From Vicinamibacteria bacterium (GTDB lineage Bacteria; Acidobacteriota; Vicinamibacteria; Marinacidobacterales; Marinacidobacteraceae): 64,000 bases of DNA. Both the position numbers and the translations under genes were made by a program. Under the pieces are notes generated by a model. That model saw only the letters and a program-made list of their open reading frames with translations. It was not told the DNA's origin and did no database searches. The stretch lies in the NCBI GenBank assembly GCA_963668695.2, contig CAXXLQ010000004.1:2944001-3008000 (forward strand). The letters run 5' to 3'. The stretch's first letter is position 1. The number at the start of each line of letters is the position of its first letter. This document shows, in pieces, positions 20,629 to 29,440 of the stretch.

Positions 20629-20644
20629 AGCATGACGTCATGCT
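20629..20644. promoter_or_regulatory. Perfect 16-bp palindrome AGCATGACGTCATGCT, probable vapBC operator
   Basis: 10 bp upstream of the antitoxin ATG; RHH antitoxins typically autorepress via such palindromes. Confidence 0.65.
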
Positions 20645-20686
20645 GTAACAGGGTTGATTTTCCGGGCTCGCGGCGTGCCGGGGCGC

Positions 20687-23600
20687 TTACCCAAGATGGC
20701 GGCGGAGCAGGCGTTCCGCCTCAGTGATGGATATTCCCCGTCTGCGGGCATAGTCCTCGAGTTGATCCCGGCCGATCGTGCCGACCGAGAAGTAGCGGGA
20801 CTCCGGGCTCCCGAAATAGAGGCCAGCCACCGAGGCGCCGGGCCGGATGGCGAAGTTCTCGGTGAGTCCGACGCCGATGGCGTCTTCGGCACGCAGCAGG
20901 CGGAAGATCTCGCCCAAAATGCCGAGATCCGGGGTGGCCGGGTATCCGGGGGCAGGGCGGATTCCGCGGTAGCGCCCCCGGATCAGGTCCTGGGGCGTCA
21001 GGTCTTCGGATTGTCCGTATCCCAGATCGCAGCGGGCACGCTGGTGAAGCCACTCCGCGAGAGCCTCGGCGAGACGGTCGCCGAGCGATCGCAGCAGGAG
21101 TGCGTCGTAGTCGTCGCCACGCCGTTCGGCCTCCGCCACCAGTTCCTCGAGACCGCCACCGGCGGTGACGGCAAAGGCTCCGAGTACGTCCGGACCGGCG
21201 GCGGGAGGCCGGCCGGCTACCGCGGGGTCGAGAAAGTCGGCGGCCGCGAGCCGCGCCCCGGGACGATCCTCCTGCTGGCGCAGGGTCGGTATCCGGGCCA
21301 CCGGCGGTTCGTCCAGCCGTCCGGGACGCCAGATCAGGATGTCGTCGCCCTCACTCCCCGCGGGGAAGAACCCATAGACGGCCTCACCCCTCAGTGCTTG
21401 CTGTCTGGCCAACTCCTCCAGCCGGCGGAGGGCGTTTTCGTGGAGCTCGCGAGCTTCGACGCTGCTGTTTCCACGCTCCACGATCGCGGGAAACGTGCCG
21501 CGGAACTCCCAGGCGTGGAAGAACGGCGTCCAGTCCACATACGGAATCAGGTCGGCGATCGGAACGTCGGGAAGGACCCGCCGGCCCCAGAACACCGGTT
21601 CGACCGGTTCCGTCCGGCGAGAGTCGGGAGCGCGGCGGCGGGCGACGGCGAGCTTGAGGAGCCCCGGCCCACGGCGCATGGGACGGCTCCGTTCGTACTC
21701 CTGCTGCCGGCGGTTTTCGTCCACGAAGGCGGCCGACTCCGCCCCGAGCAGAGCCCGAACCACCCCCGAGGTGCGCGAGGCGTCGGCCACGTGAATGACG
21801 GGGCCCGAACGCGCGGGGGCGATCCGGAGGGCGGTGTGGCGAGGCGAAGTGGTGGCGCCCCCGATCAGCAGGGGCAGAGAAACCCCCTGCCGTTCCATCT
21901 CGGCGGCGAAGCGTTCCATCTCATCCAGGGATGGGGTGATGAGGCCGGACAGGCCGATCAGATCGGCGCTCTGTTCCCGGGCCGTGTCGAGAATCCGGTC
22001 GGCGGGCACCATGACCCCCAGGTCCTCCACCCGGTAGCCGTTGCAGGCGAGGACGATGCCGACGATGCTCTTGCCGATGTCGTGGACGTCCCCCTTCACC
22101 GTGGCCAGCACAATGCTCTCCCGTGGTCGGCTGGTCTCCTCTGAATCCATGTACGGCTCAAGGACAGAAACGGCTCTTTTCATTACCCGCGCGCTCTTGA
22201 CGACCTGCGGCAGGAACATCCTTCCGTCGCCGAAGCGGTCGCCCACCACCCGCATCCCGTCCATGAGGGGCCCTTCGATTACCGCAAGCGCCGAGGACAG
22301 GTGGCGGCGGGCCTCGTCGGCGTCCCGTTCGATGAAGTCGAGAACGCCGTTCACCACCGCGTGGGCGAGCCGCTCCCCGACGGGCTTTTCGCGCCAGGAG
22401 TCATCGGCGGCGGAGGTCCTTCGTCCCGCCCGGGCTTCGTCGGCAATCGCGAGGAGCCTCTCGGTCGCATCCTCCCGGCGCGCCAGGACTACGTCTTCAA
22501 CCCGCTCGCGGAGCGTCTCCTCGATCTCGTCATAGACCGGCAGCCGGCCGGCATTCACGATCCCCATGTCGAGCCCGGCGGCGATGGCGTGGTGCAGGAA
22601 GACGGCGTTCATCGCCTGCCGCACGCCTTCGTTGCCGCGAAAGGCGAACGACAGATTGGAGATGCCCCCGGAGACGAGGGATCCCGGGCAGGCCGCCCGG
22701 ATGCGTGGAATCGCCTCGATGAACTCGACGGCGTAGCGATCGTGTTCGGCCATCCCCGTCGCCACGGCGAGGACGTTCGGGTCGAAGATGATGTCTTCTG
22801 GAGGGACGCCGGCCTTGTCCTTCAGCAGCCGATAGGCTCGGCCGCAGATGGCGGTCTTGCGCTCCGCATCCACCGCCTGACCCTCCTCGTCGAAGGCCAT
22901 CACGATGATGGCGGCTCCGAAGCGGCGGATCCGTCGGGCCGCGGCCAGGAAGGCCTCTTCCCCGTCCTTGAGTGACAACGAGTTGACCACGCCCTTCCCG
23001 GGAAGGCAGCGCAGCCCGGCTTCGATCACCTCGATGCGGGAACTGTCCACGATGATGGGGAGTCGGGCAATGTCGGGTTCCATGGCGATCAGCCGCACGA
23101 ACCGGCTCATCGCTGCCTCCGAATCGAGGAGGCCCTCATCCATGTTGACGTCCAGCAGGTTCGCGCCGCCCTCGACCTGGTCGCGGGCGACGGACACCGC
23201 GGCCTCGAACCGATCCTCGCGGATCAGGCGTGCGAAGCGACGGGAGCCGGTCACGTTCGTACGCTCACCCACCACCAGGAACGCCGACTCCGGGCGGACC
23301 AGCGGCTCGGTGCCGGCCAAACGGATTCTCGGGGGAGCGTCCGGGAGCTCTCGGGGCCGGGCGCCCCTGACGGTCCGGCGGACCGAGCGGATGTGCTCCG
23401 GAGTGGTGCCGCAGCACCCGCCGACGAAGTTGACGAGGCCGTCCGCGGCAAGGGCGCCAAGGGCCGCGGCGGTGATTTCCGGCGCCTCGTCGTAGCCTCC
23501 GAGTTCGTTCGGAAGGCCGGCGTTCGGAACGGCGCCCACCGGAACCGGAGCCAGGCGGGAAAGTGTTTCGACGATGGGACGCATCGCTTCGGCGCCGATC

Positions 23601-24349
23601 GAGCAGTTCACCCCGGCGGCGGTCACCTCGGCGTGGGCAACGGACACCCAGAAGGCTTCGGAATCCTGACCCGTCAGGTTACGTCCTCCCCGGTCCACCG
23701 AAGTGAAGGAAACGAGGAGCCCCGGCTCTCCGGGCGCCTCGGCAATGGCCTCCCGGGCGGCGTCGAGGGCCGCCTTGGCGTTCAGGGTGTCGAAGCAGGT
23801 TTCGACGAGGAGGAGGTCGGCGCCTCCCGCCAGCAGTCCGGCCGCCTGTTCGCGGTACGCCGCCCTGAGTTCGTCCCAGGAGATTGCGCGGAAGGCCGGG
23901 TCCGAGACGTTGGGAGAAACGCTCAGGGTCCGGTTGGTCGGTCCCATGGAGCCGAGCACGAAACATGGCCGTCCGGCGCCGTCAGCGGAGCGGCGCGCCG
24001 CTTCAGCGCCCGCGCGGTTGATCTCGAAGGCGCGGCCTTCAAGTCCGTAGTCCAGGAGCGAAACGGCGTTTGCGTTGAAGGTGTTCGTGGTGAGGGCGTC
24101 CGCTCCGGCGTCGAGGTACTGCTGGTGCACCTTCTCCACCAGCGCGGGCCGGGTCAGGGAGAGCACGTCGTGGAGCCCCTGGAGCGGTTTCGGATGGTCG
24201 CGGAGCAAATCGCCTCGAAAGCCGGATTCGTCCAACCTTTCGGCCTGGAGCATCGTCCCGATAGCGCCATCGAACACCAGGATGCGCTCGGAAATCGCCC
24301 GCAGAAACCCGGCCCGGCCCAGCCACGATGCCGGCGTCGACGCGTGCAT
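20687..24349 (-). CDS. metH: Cobalamin-dependent methionine synthase
   Basis: DGAIGTMLQ; GGCCGTTPEHI; VGERTNVTGS; MFLPQVVKSARVMK; ATVKGDVHDIGK; SGLITPSL; RPAPGYP. Confidence 0.97.
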   Translation of the reverse strand: MHASTPASWLGRAGFLRAISERILVFDGAIGTMLQAERLDESGFRGDLLRDHPKPLQGLHDVLSLTRPALVEKVHQQYLDAGADALTTNTFNANAVSLLDYGLEGRAFEINRAGAEAARRSADGAGRPCFVLGSMGPTNRTLSVSPNVSDPAFRAISWDELRAAYREQAAGLLAGGADLLLVETCFDTLNAKAALDAAREAIAEAPGEPGLLVSFTSVDRGGRNLTGQDSEAFWVSVAHAEVTAAGVNCSIGAEAMRPIVETLSRLAPVPVGAVPNAGLPNELGGYDEAPEITAAALGALAADGLVNFVGGCCGTTPEHIRSVRRTVRGARPRELPDAPPRIRLAGTEPLVRPESAFLVVGERTNVTGSRRFARLIREDRFEAAVSVARDQVEGGANLLDVNMDEGLLDSEAAMSRFVRLIAMEPDIARLPIIVDSSRIEVIEAGLRCLPGKGVVNSLSLKDGEEAFLAAARRIRRFGAAIIVMAFDEEGQAVDAERKTAICGRAYRLLKDKAGVPPEDIIFDPNVLAVATGMAEHDRYAVEFIEAIPRIRAACPGSLVSGGISNLSFAFRGNEGVRQAMNAVFLHHAIAAGLDMGIVNAGRLPVYDEIEETLRERVEDVVLARREDATERLLAIADEARAGRRTSAADDSWREKPVGERLAHAVVNGVLDFIERDADEARRHLSSALAVIEGPLMDGMRVVGDRFGDGRMFLPQVVKSARVMKRAVSVLEPYMDSEETSRPRESIVLATVKGDVHDIGKSIVGIVLACNGYRVEDLGVMVPADRILDTAREQSADLIGLSGLITPSLDEMERFAAEMERQGVSLPLLIGGATTSPRHTALRIAPARSGPVIHVADASRTSGVVRALLGAESAAFVDENRRQQEYERSRPMRRGPGLLKLAVARRRAPDSRRTEPVEPVFWGRRVLPDVPIADLIPYVDWTPFFHAWEFRGTFPAIVERGNSSVEARELHENALRRLEELARQQALRGEAVYGFFPAGSEGDDILIWRPGRLDEPPVARIPTLRQQEDRPGARLAAADFLDPAVAGRPPAAGPDVLGAFAVTAGGGLEELVAEAERRGDDYDALLLRSLGDRLAEALAEWLHQRARCDLGYGQSEDLTPQDLIRGRYRGIRPAPGYPATPDLGILGEIFRLLRAEDAIGVGLTENFAIRPGASVAGLYFGSPESRYFSVGTIGRDQLEDYARRRGISITEAERLLRRHLG

Positions 24350-24367
24350 GACGAAGCGGAAGTCTAG

Positions 24368-24443
24368 GAGCCCGTGGACAAGTCACGCGGCCCGGTTCTC
24401 CCGGTGGGGCTCTCGCCGCTCACTTGACTTCATCCACCGGCTC
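24368..24443 (+). mobile_element. Minimal 76-bp derivative of family A MITE (termini plus a variant cassette)
   Basis: GAGCCCGTGGACAAGTCACG...TGACTTCATCCACCGGCTC flanked by CTAG/CTGG; contains CCGGTTCTCCCGGTGGGGC. Confidence 0.65.
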
Positions 24444-24546
24444 CTGGGCGCGGCACGGGTGGATTGCCGATGTGCGGACGGGCATCTCCTGCGGCCATCG
24501 TCTCCCGGGTACCATCACGCGCCCAGATCAATCGGGGGGTCCGCAG

Positions 24547-25767
24547 ATGCCGCTTCATGTCCAGGTCGCCATAGGGGCCGCGGCCGGAGTCCTCGTCGGG
24601 ATCCTGTTCGGAGAGCAGGCCGCGGTCCTCCAACCGCTTGCGGACCTGTTCGTGCGGCTCCTGCGGATGATCATCGCTCCGCTGATCTTCGTCACCCTGG
24701 CGCTCGCGCTGACGCGGACCGGAGGCCGGGGCACGGGCAGGATCGGCGTCCGGGCGATCGCCTACAACCTGAGCACGCTGGCCGTCGCGCTGGCGATCGG
24801 CATCGGCATCGCCGTCTGGCTCGGGCCGGGACGGGGGGTGGACATTTCGGCCCTCGGAGGCGCCGACCAGGCCACGGGCCCAACTGCCGGAGAGGCCCGG
24901 TCCATCGTGGACATTCTGGTCGGCATCGTTCCGACGAACGTCGTGGGAGCTTTCGCCGAAGCCGAGGTCCTGCAGGTCCTCTTCCTGGCGATCTTGTTCG
25001 GGGTAGCCGTAAACGCGCTCGGCAGCGAACGCGTGAAGCCGCTCATCGACGTGCTGCAGGCAGTGAACGATGTCCTCTACCGGGTCGTCCACTGGGTCGT
25101 CCTGCTGGCGCCGGCCGGGGTGTTTGCGATTCTGGCCGCAGTGGTGGGCCAGTCCGGGCTCGACATTCTGGGGACGCTCGCCTGGTATGTCACCGTCTGC
25201 CTCATCGCCACGCTCGTGCACGTGGGCGGAGTGCACGCCATGCTGCTCCGGCTTTGGGCTCGCCAGCCGCTCCGGAAGCTCTTGCGAGCGTTGCGCGAGC
25301 CGCTGCCCATTGCCTTCGCGTCCGTCTCGACCGCTGCGGCGCTTCCGGTCTCCATGGCGGCGGTGCCCCGCGAGACGGGAATCTCCGAGAAGGTGGCGGG
25401 GTTTGTGCTGCCTTTCGGCGCCGCGGCCGGCAGGGATTCCAGCGGGATCTATCAGGTGGTGTCGGTCGTCGCGATAGCCCAACTCGTGGGCCGTCCGCTC
25501 GACGCGGGCGAGCTGGGAATCCTTTGGGTAACGGCGATTCTGAGTTCGCTCGCGACCTCCGCGGTTCCCGCCGCCAGCTTCGTGAATCTCACCATCCTGC
25601 TGGGAGCGCTGGGCCTTCCGGTGACGCTGGCGGCGCTGGTGCTGGCGGTCGAGCGTCCGCTCGACCATCTCAGAACGAGTGGCAACCTGATCGGCCAGAT
25701 CTCGAACGCGATCTTCACGGGCGCCACCAGCGGGGAAATCGCCGTCCGGGGGGCGAAGCAGGATTAA
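24547..25767 (+). CDS. Dicarboxylate/amino acid:cation symporter (DAACS/SDF family)
   Basis: LFVRLLRMIIAPLIF; IVPTN; LQVLFLAILFG; AFASVSTAAALP; FVLPFGA; LDHLRTSGNLIG. Confidence 0.88.
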   Translation: MPLHVQVAIGAAAGVLVGILFGEQAAVLQPLADLFVRLLRMIIAPLIFVTLALALTRTGGRGTGRIGVRAIAYNLSTLAVALAIGIGIAVWLGPGRGVDISALGGADQATGPTAGEARSIVDILVGIVPTNVVGAFAEAEVLQVLFLAILFGVAVNALGSERVKPLIDVLQAVNDVLYRVVHWVVLLAPAGVFAILAAVVGQSGLDILGTLAWYVTVCLIATLVHVGGVHAMLLRLWARQPLRKLLRALREPLPIAFASVSTAAALPVSMAAVPRETGISEKVAGFVLPFGAAAGRDSSGIYQVVSVVAIAQLVGRPLDAGELGILWVTAILSSLATSAVPAASFVNLTILLGALGLPVTLAALVLAVERPLDHLRTSGNLIGQISNAIFTGATSGEIAVRGAKQD

Positions 25768-26183
25768 CAGCCTGTGGTGAAACCCAGGCGGCGTTCGGCC
25801 GGCGATCCATCCCGGCCAAACAACCGGTAGTGAAACCCACGCGGCGTTCGGCCGGCGATCCATCCCGGCTGAACCGCGCCGCTTCGCGCCGCTCATCGTT
25901 GCGTTTCGGTCGCAAAACACCCGGGCCAGTTCTCCCGGTGGGGGCTCCTCCCTCACGCGCCTTGTCAGCCGGGCGCCTGACCGGCCTCGGCGCTCACGTG
26001 GGTTCCACCACCGGCTGTTCACCGCGCCGCTTCGCGCCGCTCATCGTTGCGTTTCGGTCGCAATACACCCGGGCCAGTTCTCCCGGTGGGGGCTCCTCCC
26101 TCACGCGCCTTGTCAGCCGGACCCCCACCGGGAGAACTGGGCCTCACCGGCCTCGGCGCTCACCCGGGTTCCACCACAGGCTG
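25768..26183 (+). mobile_element. Composite family A MITE (duplicated left end and duplicated core/right half; 3 cassettes)
   Basis: CAGCCTGTGGTGAAACCC...GGGTTCCACCACAGGCTG with perfect TTAA direct repeats at 25764-25767 and 26184-26187. Confidence 0.88.
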
Positions 26184-26186
26184 TTA

Positions 26187-27191
26187 ATGAAGGTCGGCTG
26201 GCTGGCTGCCTCCGGTCTGGTTCTCGGTTCCTGCGGTGGGAGCGGCGGCCCCCCGACCGCCCCGCCCACGGTGCCCTCCACGCCTCCGGCTTCCGCCAGC
26301 GTACGGGGGGTCCTTACGAAGACCGTGGAAGGCGGCCCCGTCGTCGGCGCCACGCTGAGCGCCAGCGGGATCACAGCGCGTTCGGGACCCGACGGATCGT
26401 TTGCTCTTGACCTGCCCGATGGGACGCATCGCCTTACGGTGTCCGGCCCCGGCATGGTCGAGCGCACCACCACAATCCGGGCGCCCTCGTCGGCCGTCGC
26501 GCTCGACGTGGTCCCCGACCCCGAAAACGGACCGTGGAACCTCGACTTCTACCGGGAGATCGCCCGCAACGGATCCGGGGGCGGAAAGCTTGAACCGCTC
26601 ACCCGTTGGGATTCCGAGCCGACCTTCTTCATCGATACCCGACCCGAGCCCACCACCAACGCGGAGATCCCGGAAGAGACGATCGAGTTCGTAAGGGAAG
26701 CGATCCGGGTCACCGTTCCCTTGCTCAGCGGAGGCCGGTACACGGCGGAACGCATCGTCGCAACGCGGGAGCCGCCCGAGGACATGACGCCCGGGACCGT
26801 CATCCTGCGTTGGAACGCCGCCGACGTCGCCAGGTTTGCGGACAATGCGGACGCATTCGCCAAACAGGTAGGAGGTTCGGAAAACGTGGTCGTATTCCGG
26901 CACATTCCCGAGACTTGGGCGGTCCACCACGAGATTGGCCACGTGATGGGCCTCTACCACCCACTGGACGGTCTGCGGCCGTCTCATATGTGGTATTCGG
27001 GCCACCTCGAGCCGCCGCACTTCACCAAGTGGGACATCTTCCACGCCCAGGTGCTCTACTCGCGCCCGGCGGGCAACGTGGACGTGGACGTGGATCCGGC
27101 CGGATTCGTCGTCGGCGGGCAGGCCGCTATGGTCAAACCGGCAGCCGGACCGGTGGTGTGTTCCTTTCCGGACCCAAAACCTCGACGCTGA
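26187..27191 (+). CDS. Lipoprotein with carboxypeptidase-regulatory-like domain and metzincin metalloprotease domain
   Basis: Lipobox LVLGSC; 'SGPDGSFAL' beta-sandwich; HEIGHVMGLYH followed by Met-turn-like SHMWY. Confidence 0.78.
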   Translation: MKVGWLAASGLVLGSCGGSGGPPTAPPTVPSTPPASASVRGVLTKTVEGGPVVGATLSASGITARSGPDGSFALDLPDGTHRLTVSGPGMVERTTTIRAPSSAVALDVVPDPENGPWNLDFYREIARNGSGGGKLEPLTRWDSEPTFFIDTRPEPTTNAEIPEETIEFVREAIRVTVPLLSGGRYTAERIVATREPPEDMTPGTVILRWNAADVARFADNADAFAKQVGGSENVVVFRHIPETWAVHHEIGHVMGLYHPLDGLRPSHMWYSGHLEPPHFTKWDIFHAQVLYSRPAGNVDVDVDPAGFVVGGQAAMVKPAAGPVVCSFPDPKPRR

Positions 27192-27209
27192 CCGAACTTT
27201 GCGCTCGGC

Positions 27210-28844
27210 TCAGCGCACGAGCAGGTTCCGGGCGCGGCGGTCCGCCGCCGGACTCTCGAGAGCGGACAGGAGCCACCCGCCGAAGTCCGGCCCGTAGCGG
27301 TTCGCGAATACGAGCGGGCTGAGCCTTCGCTCCTGCGGCGTGCCCCCGGGGAAGAGAACGTTTCGGGCGCGCAGGAAGCGCTGCCGGCGTTCTTCGTCCC
27401 GGCGCTTTGCGGCACGGACGCTCTTGGCTTCCAGATCCGTGACGATCGCGAGCACCTTCCCCCGGGCACGCCGGGCCGCCGCGGTCAGACTCTGGTCCAC
27501 CGCCCCGACGGTCCGCTCGATGTCTTCGAACGACGAGTTGAGAGCGTCCTTGGTGTCGGCGAAGGCCGCGACCGCAGCCGGGTCGGCAGCGCGCCGGTTG
27601 AGCGCGGCTTCGTCGCTGGCCGAAAGCTCATCGAAATCGATGCCGTCCCGATCCAGCACCCGCAGTTGCGACTGCGTCAGGATCGCAACCTGATGACGAG
27701 GGATGATCAGGGGTCGCGGGATCCGGTGGAGGTCGTAGAGGTCGCCCATCTGCGCGTGATAGGCGATTTCTGAGGGTCCGCCCACATACATCGCTGTCGG
27801 CAGCAGGAAATCCTGGACCAGCGGCCGCAGTAACACGGCCGCGCTCAGACGTTCCACGCAGCCTCCGAGAACCGCTTCTGGACGGCCCCCGGCGGAGTCC
27901 GTGCGGACCCGGGTCCGCACCCCGGTAGCCCCGGTGCAAAAGACCCCGTAGCCCTCCGCCGCGGCCTGTCCGTGAAACCCGATCTCCTCGATCTCGCGGG
28001 TTCGGGCCTCGATCTGGCGGCGGCCCTCGGCTTCGTGCCGGACCGCGGCCTCGAACACCGGAAAGGCGAGCCGCTTCAGGTCCGGCGCCGTCGGGTCCAT
28101 CACGACGAGCCCCGATCCCCGGGAGAGATGCAGCAGCAGGCGCCCGAACGCTTCGAGGAGGGAGCGGCCCGGCGCGTAGCTATCCTCGACCGCGGCGTAG
28201 AGGTCGGCCGAGTATTCCGTTTCGGGCAGGATCTGCCGGAGTTCTCGGTGCAGGTCGAGAACGGAGCCGTCGAGGATGCGGCGGAAGGCGGGTAAGCCGA
28301 GGTGTTCGTCTTCGGGCTGGTAGCGGAAACTGTGCGGGACCCCGGCGGCGTCCAGTACCCAGGCGCCCCGAATCTCTTCGAAGTTGTGATCGTCGCCCTC
28401 GATCCAGAAGACGGCGACGGCCGGCTGCCCGGTCTGAGCTTCCAGTTCACGCGCGGCCGCGACCGTGGACATGGCCTTGATGAGCGAATAGAGGGGACCG
28501 CCGAACAGTCCGGGTTGCTGGCCGGTGACGACTGCGAGGGTTTCGGGCCTGGCGAGCCGTTCCGCGGAAGCGAGTGCGCCGGCGTCGGCGCCCCAGGCCC
28601 GGTTGGTGGCGCCGATTACCTCAGCGGCGCGGGTCCGGGTGGGGTCGGCAGGTCGCGCGGTTCCGGCCCGCGCGAACGCGCCTGGCGTGAAGGGATCGGG
28701 AAGAAGCTCCCCAAAACGCCGCGGGTCGCGGGTCCAGGCGTCGAAGAAGGTGCCGGGGCGGACCCGAAGCGTGCGCAGCGGGCCGGCGGCGTCACCGGGA
28801 ACGGTCGGCGTGCTCCCCTTGAAAAGAGTTCCCGTAGCGTTCAT
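27210..28844 (-). CDS. bshC: Bacillithiol biosynthesis cysteine-adding enzyme
   Basis: VVTGQQPGLFGGPLYSLIKA; VFWIEGDDHNFEE; LLRPLVQDFLLPT.MYVGGPSEIAY; PQER. Confidence 0.92.
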   Translation of the reverse strand: MNATGTLFKGSTPTVPGDAAGPLRTLRVRPGTFFDAWTRDPRRFGELLPDPFTPGAFARAGTARPADPTRTRAAEVIGATNRAWGADAGALASAERLARPETLAVVTGQQPGLFGGPLYSLIKAMSTVAAARELEAQTGQPAVAVFWIEGDDHNFEEIRGAWVLDAAGVPHSFRYQPEDEHLGLPAFRRILDGSVLDLHRELRQILPETEYSADLYAAVEDSYAPGRSLLEAFGRLLLHLSRGSGLVVMDPTAPDLKRLAFPVFEAAVRHEAEGRRQIEARTREIEEIGFHGQAAAEGYGVFCTGATGVRTRVRTDSAGGRPEAVLGGCVERLSAAVLLRPLVQDFLLPTAMYVGGPSEIAYHAQMGDLYDLHRIPRPLIIPRHQVAILTQSQLRVLDRDGIDFDELSASDEAALNRRAADPAAVAAFADTKDALNSSFEDIERTVGAVDQSLTAAARRARGKVLAIVTDLEAKSVRAAKRRDEERRQRFLRARNVLFPGGTPQERRLSPLVFANRYGPDFGGWLLSALESPAADRRARNLLVR

Positions 28845-29440
28845 GGAGTTACCCGCCCGATCCGGCGCCAGGGGAAGACCCGGAAAACGGCTTCGCCGAT
28901 GATGGCGTCCCTGGACACCGTTCCCCAATGGCGGCTGTCGCTGCTCCCGCTCCGGTTGTCGCCGAGCACGAAGTAATCCCCGGCTTCGAGTGCCACCGAT
29001 ACCGCTCCCGGGCCATCCACCGCACGCGGGGCCTCGGCCCCGGAGGCGTTCGCCACCGGGGTCATGGCCTCCCGGAGCGCGCTCGCCGCGTCGGATCCCG
29101 GAAACACCTGAACATGATTGCCCGAAAACCGCACCGTATCTCCCGGCACCCCGATCACCCGCTTCACCATCACGGTGTCTTCGTCGGATGGATCATGAAA
29201 GAGGACGACATCGTCACGGGCGATGGAAGAGAGGCGGACGCCCAGCTTGTTCACCAGCACCCGCTCCCCGGAGCGGAGCGTAGGCGCCATGCTCGACCCC
29301 TGGATGCGGTACACCTGCGCACCGTACGCCAGCAAGACCCAGGCCGTGGCGCCGGCGATCGCCGCGGTACGGAGAAACCGCCACCGCGGCCGGAGGTTGC
29401 CCTTCGGCGCGATTCCGGAAGCCTCTGACATCCCGGTCAC
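28841..29440 (-). CDS. lepB: Signal peptidase I
   Basis: GSSMAPTL (Ser); VKRVIGVPGD (Lys); YFVLGDNRSGSSDSR. Confidence 0.93.
   Translation of the reverse strand: MTGMSEASGIAPKGNLRPRWRFLRTAAIAGATAWVLLAYGAQVYRIQGSSMAPTLRSGERVLVNKLGVRLSSIARDDVVLFHDPSDEDTVMVKRVIGVPGDTVRFSGNHVQVFPGSDAASALREAMTPVANASGAEAPRAVDGPGAVSVALEAGDYFVLGDNRSGSSDSRHWGTVSRDAIIGEAVFRVFPWRRIGRVTP

Noticed and set aside
20654-22144. Long antisense ORFs opposite metH, argS, the YitJ-like gene and others
   Set aside because: Typical shadow frames of high-GC coding DNA with no recognisable motifs.
24075-27191. 1038-aa ORF in the six-frame track
   Set aside because: Stop-free GC-rich read-through across the metH start, an off-frame of the symporter and a MITE. 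Only 26187-27191 looks like a real protein.
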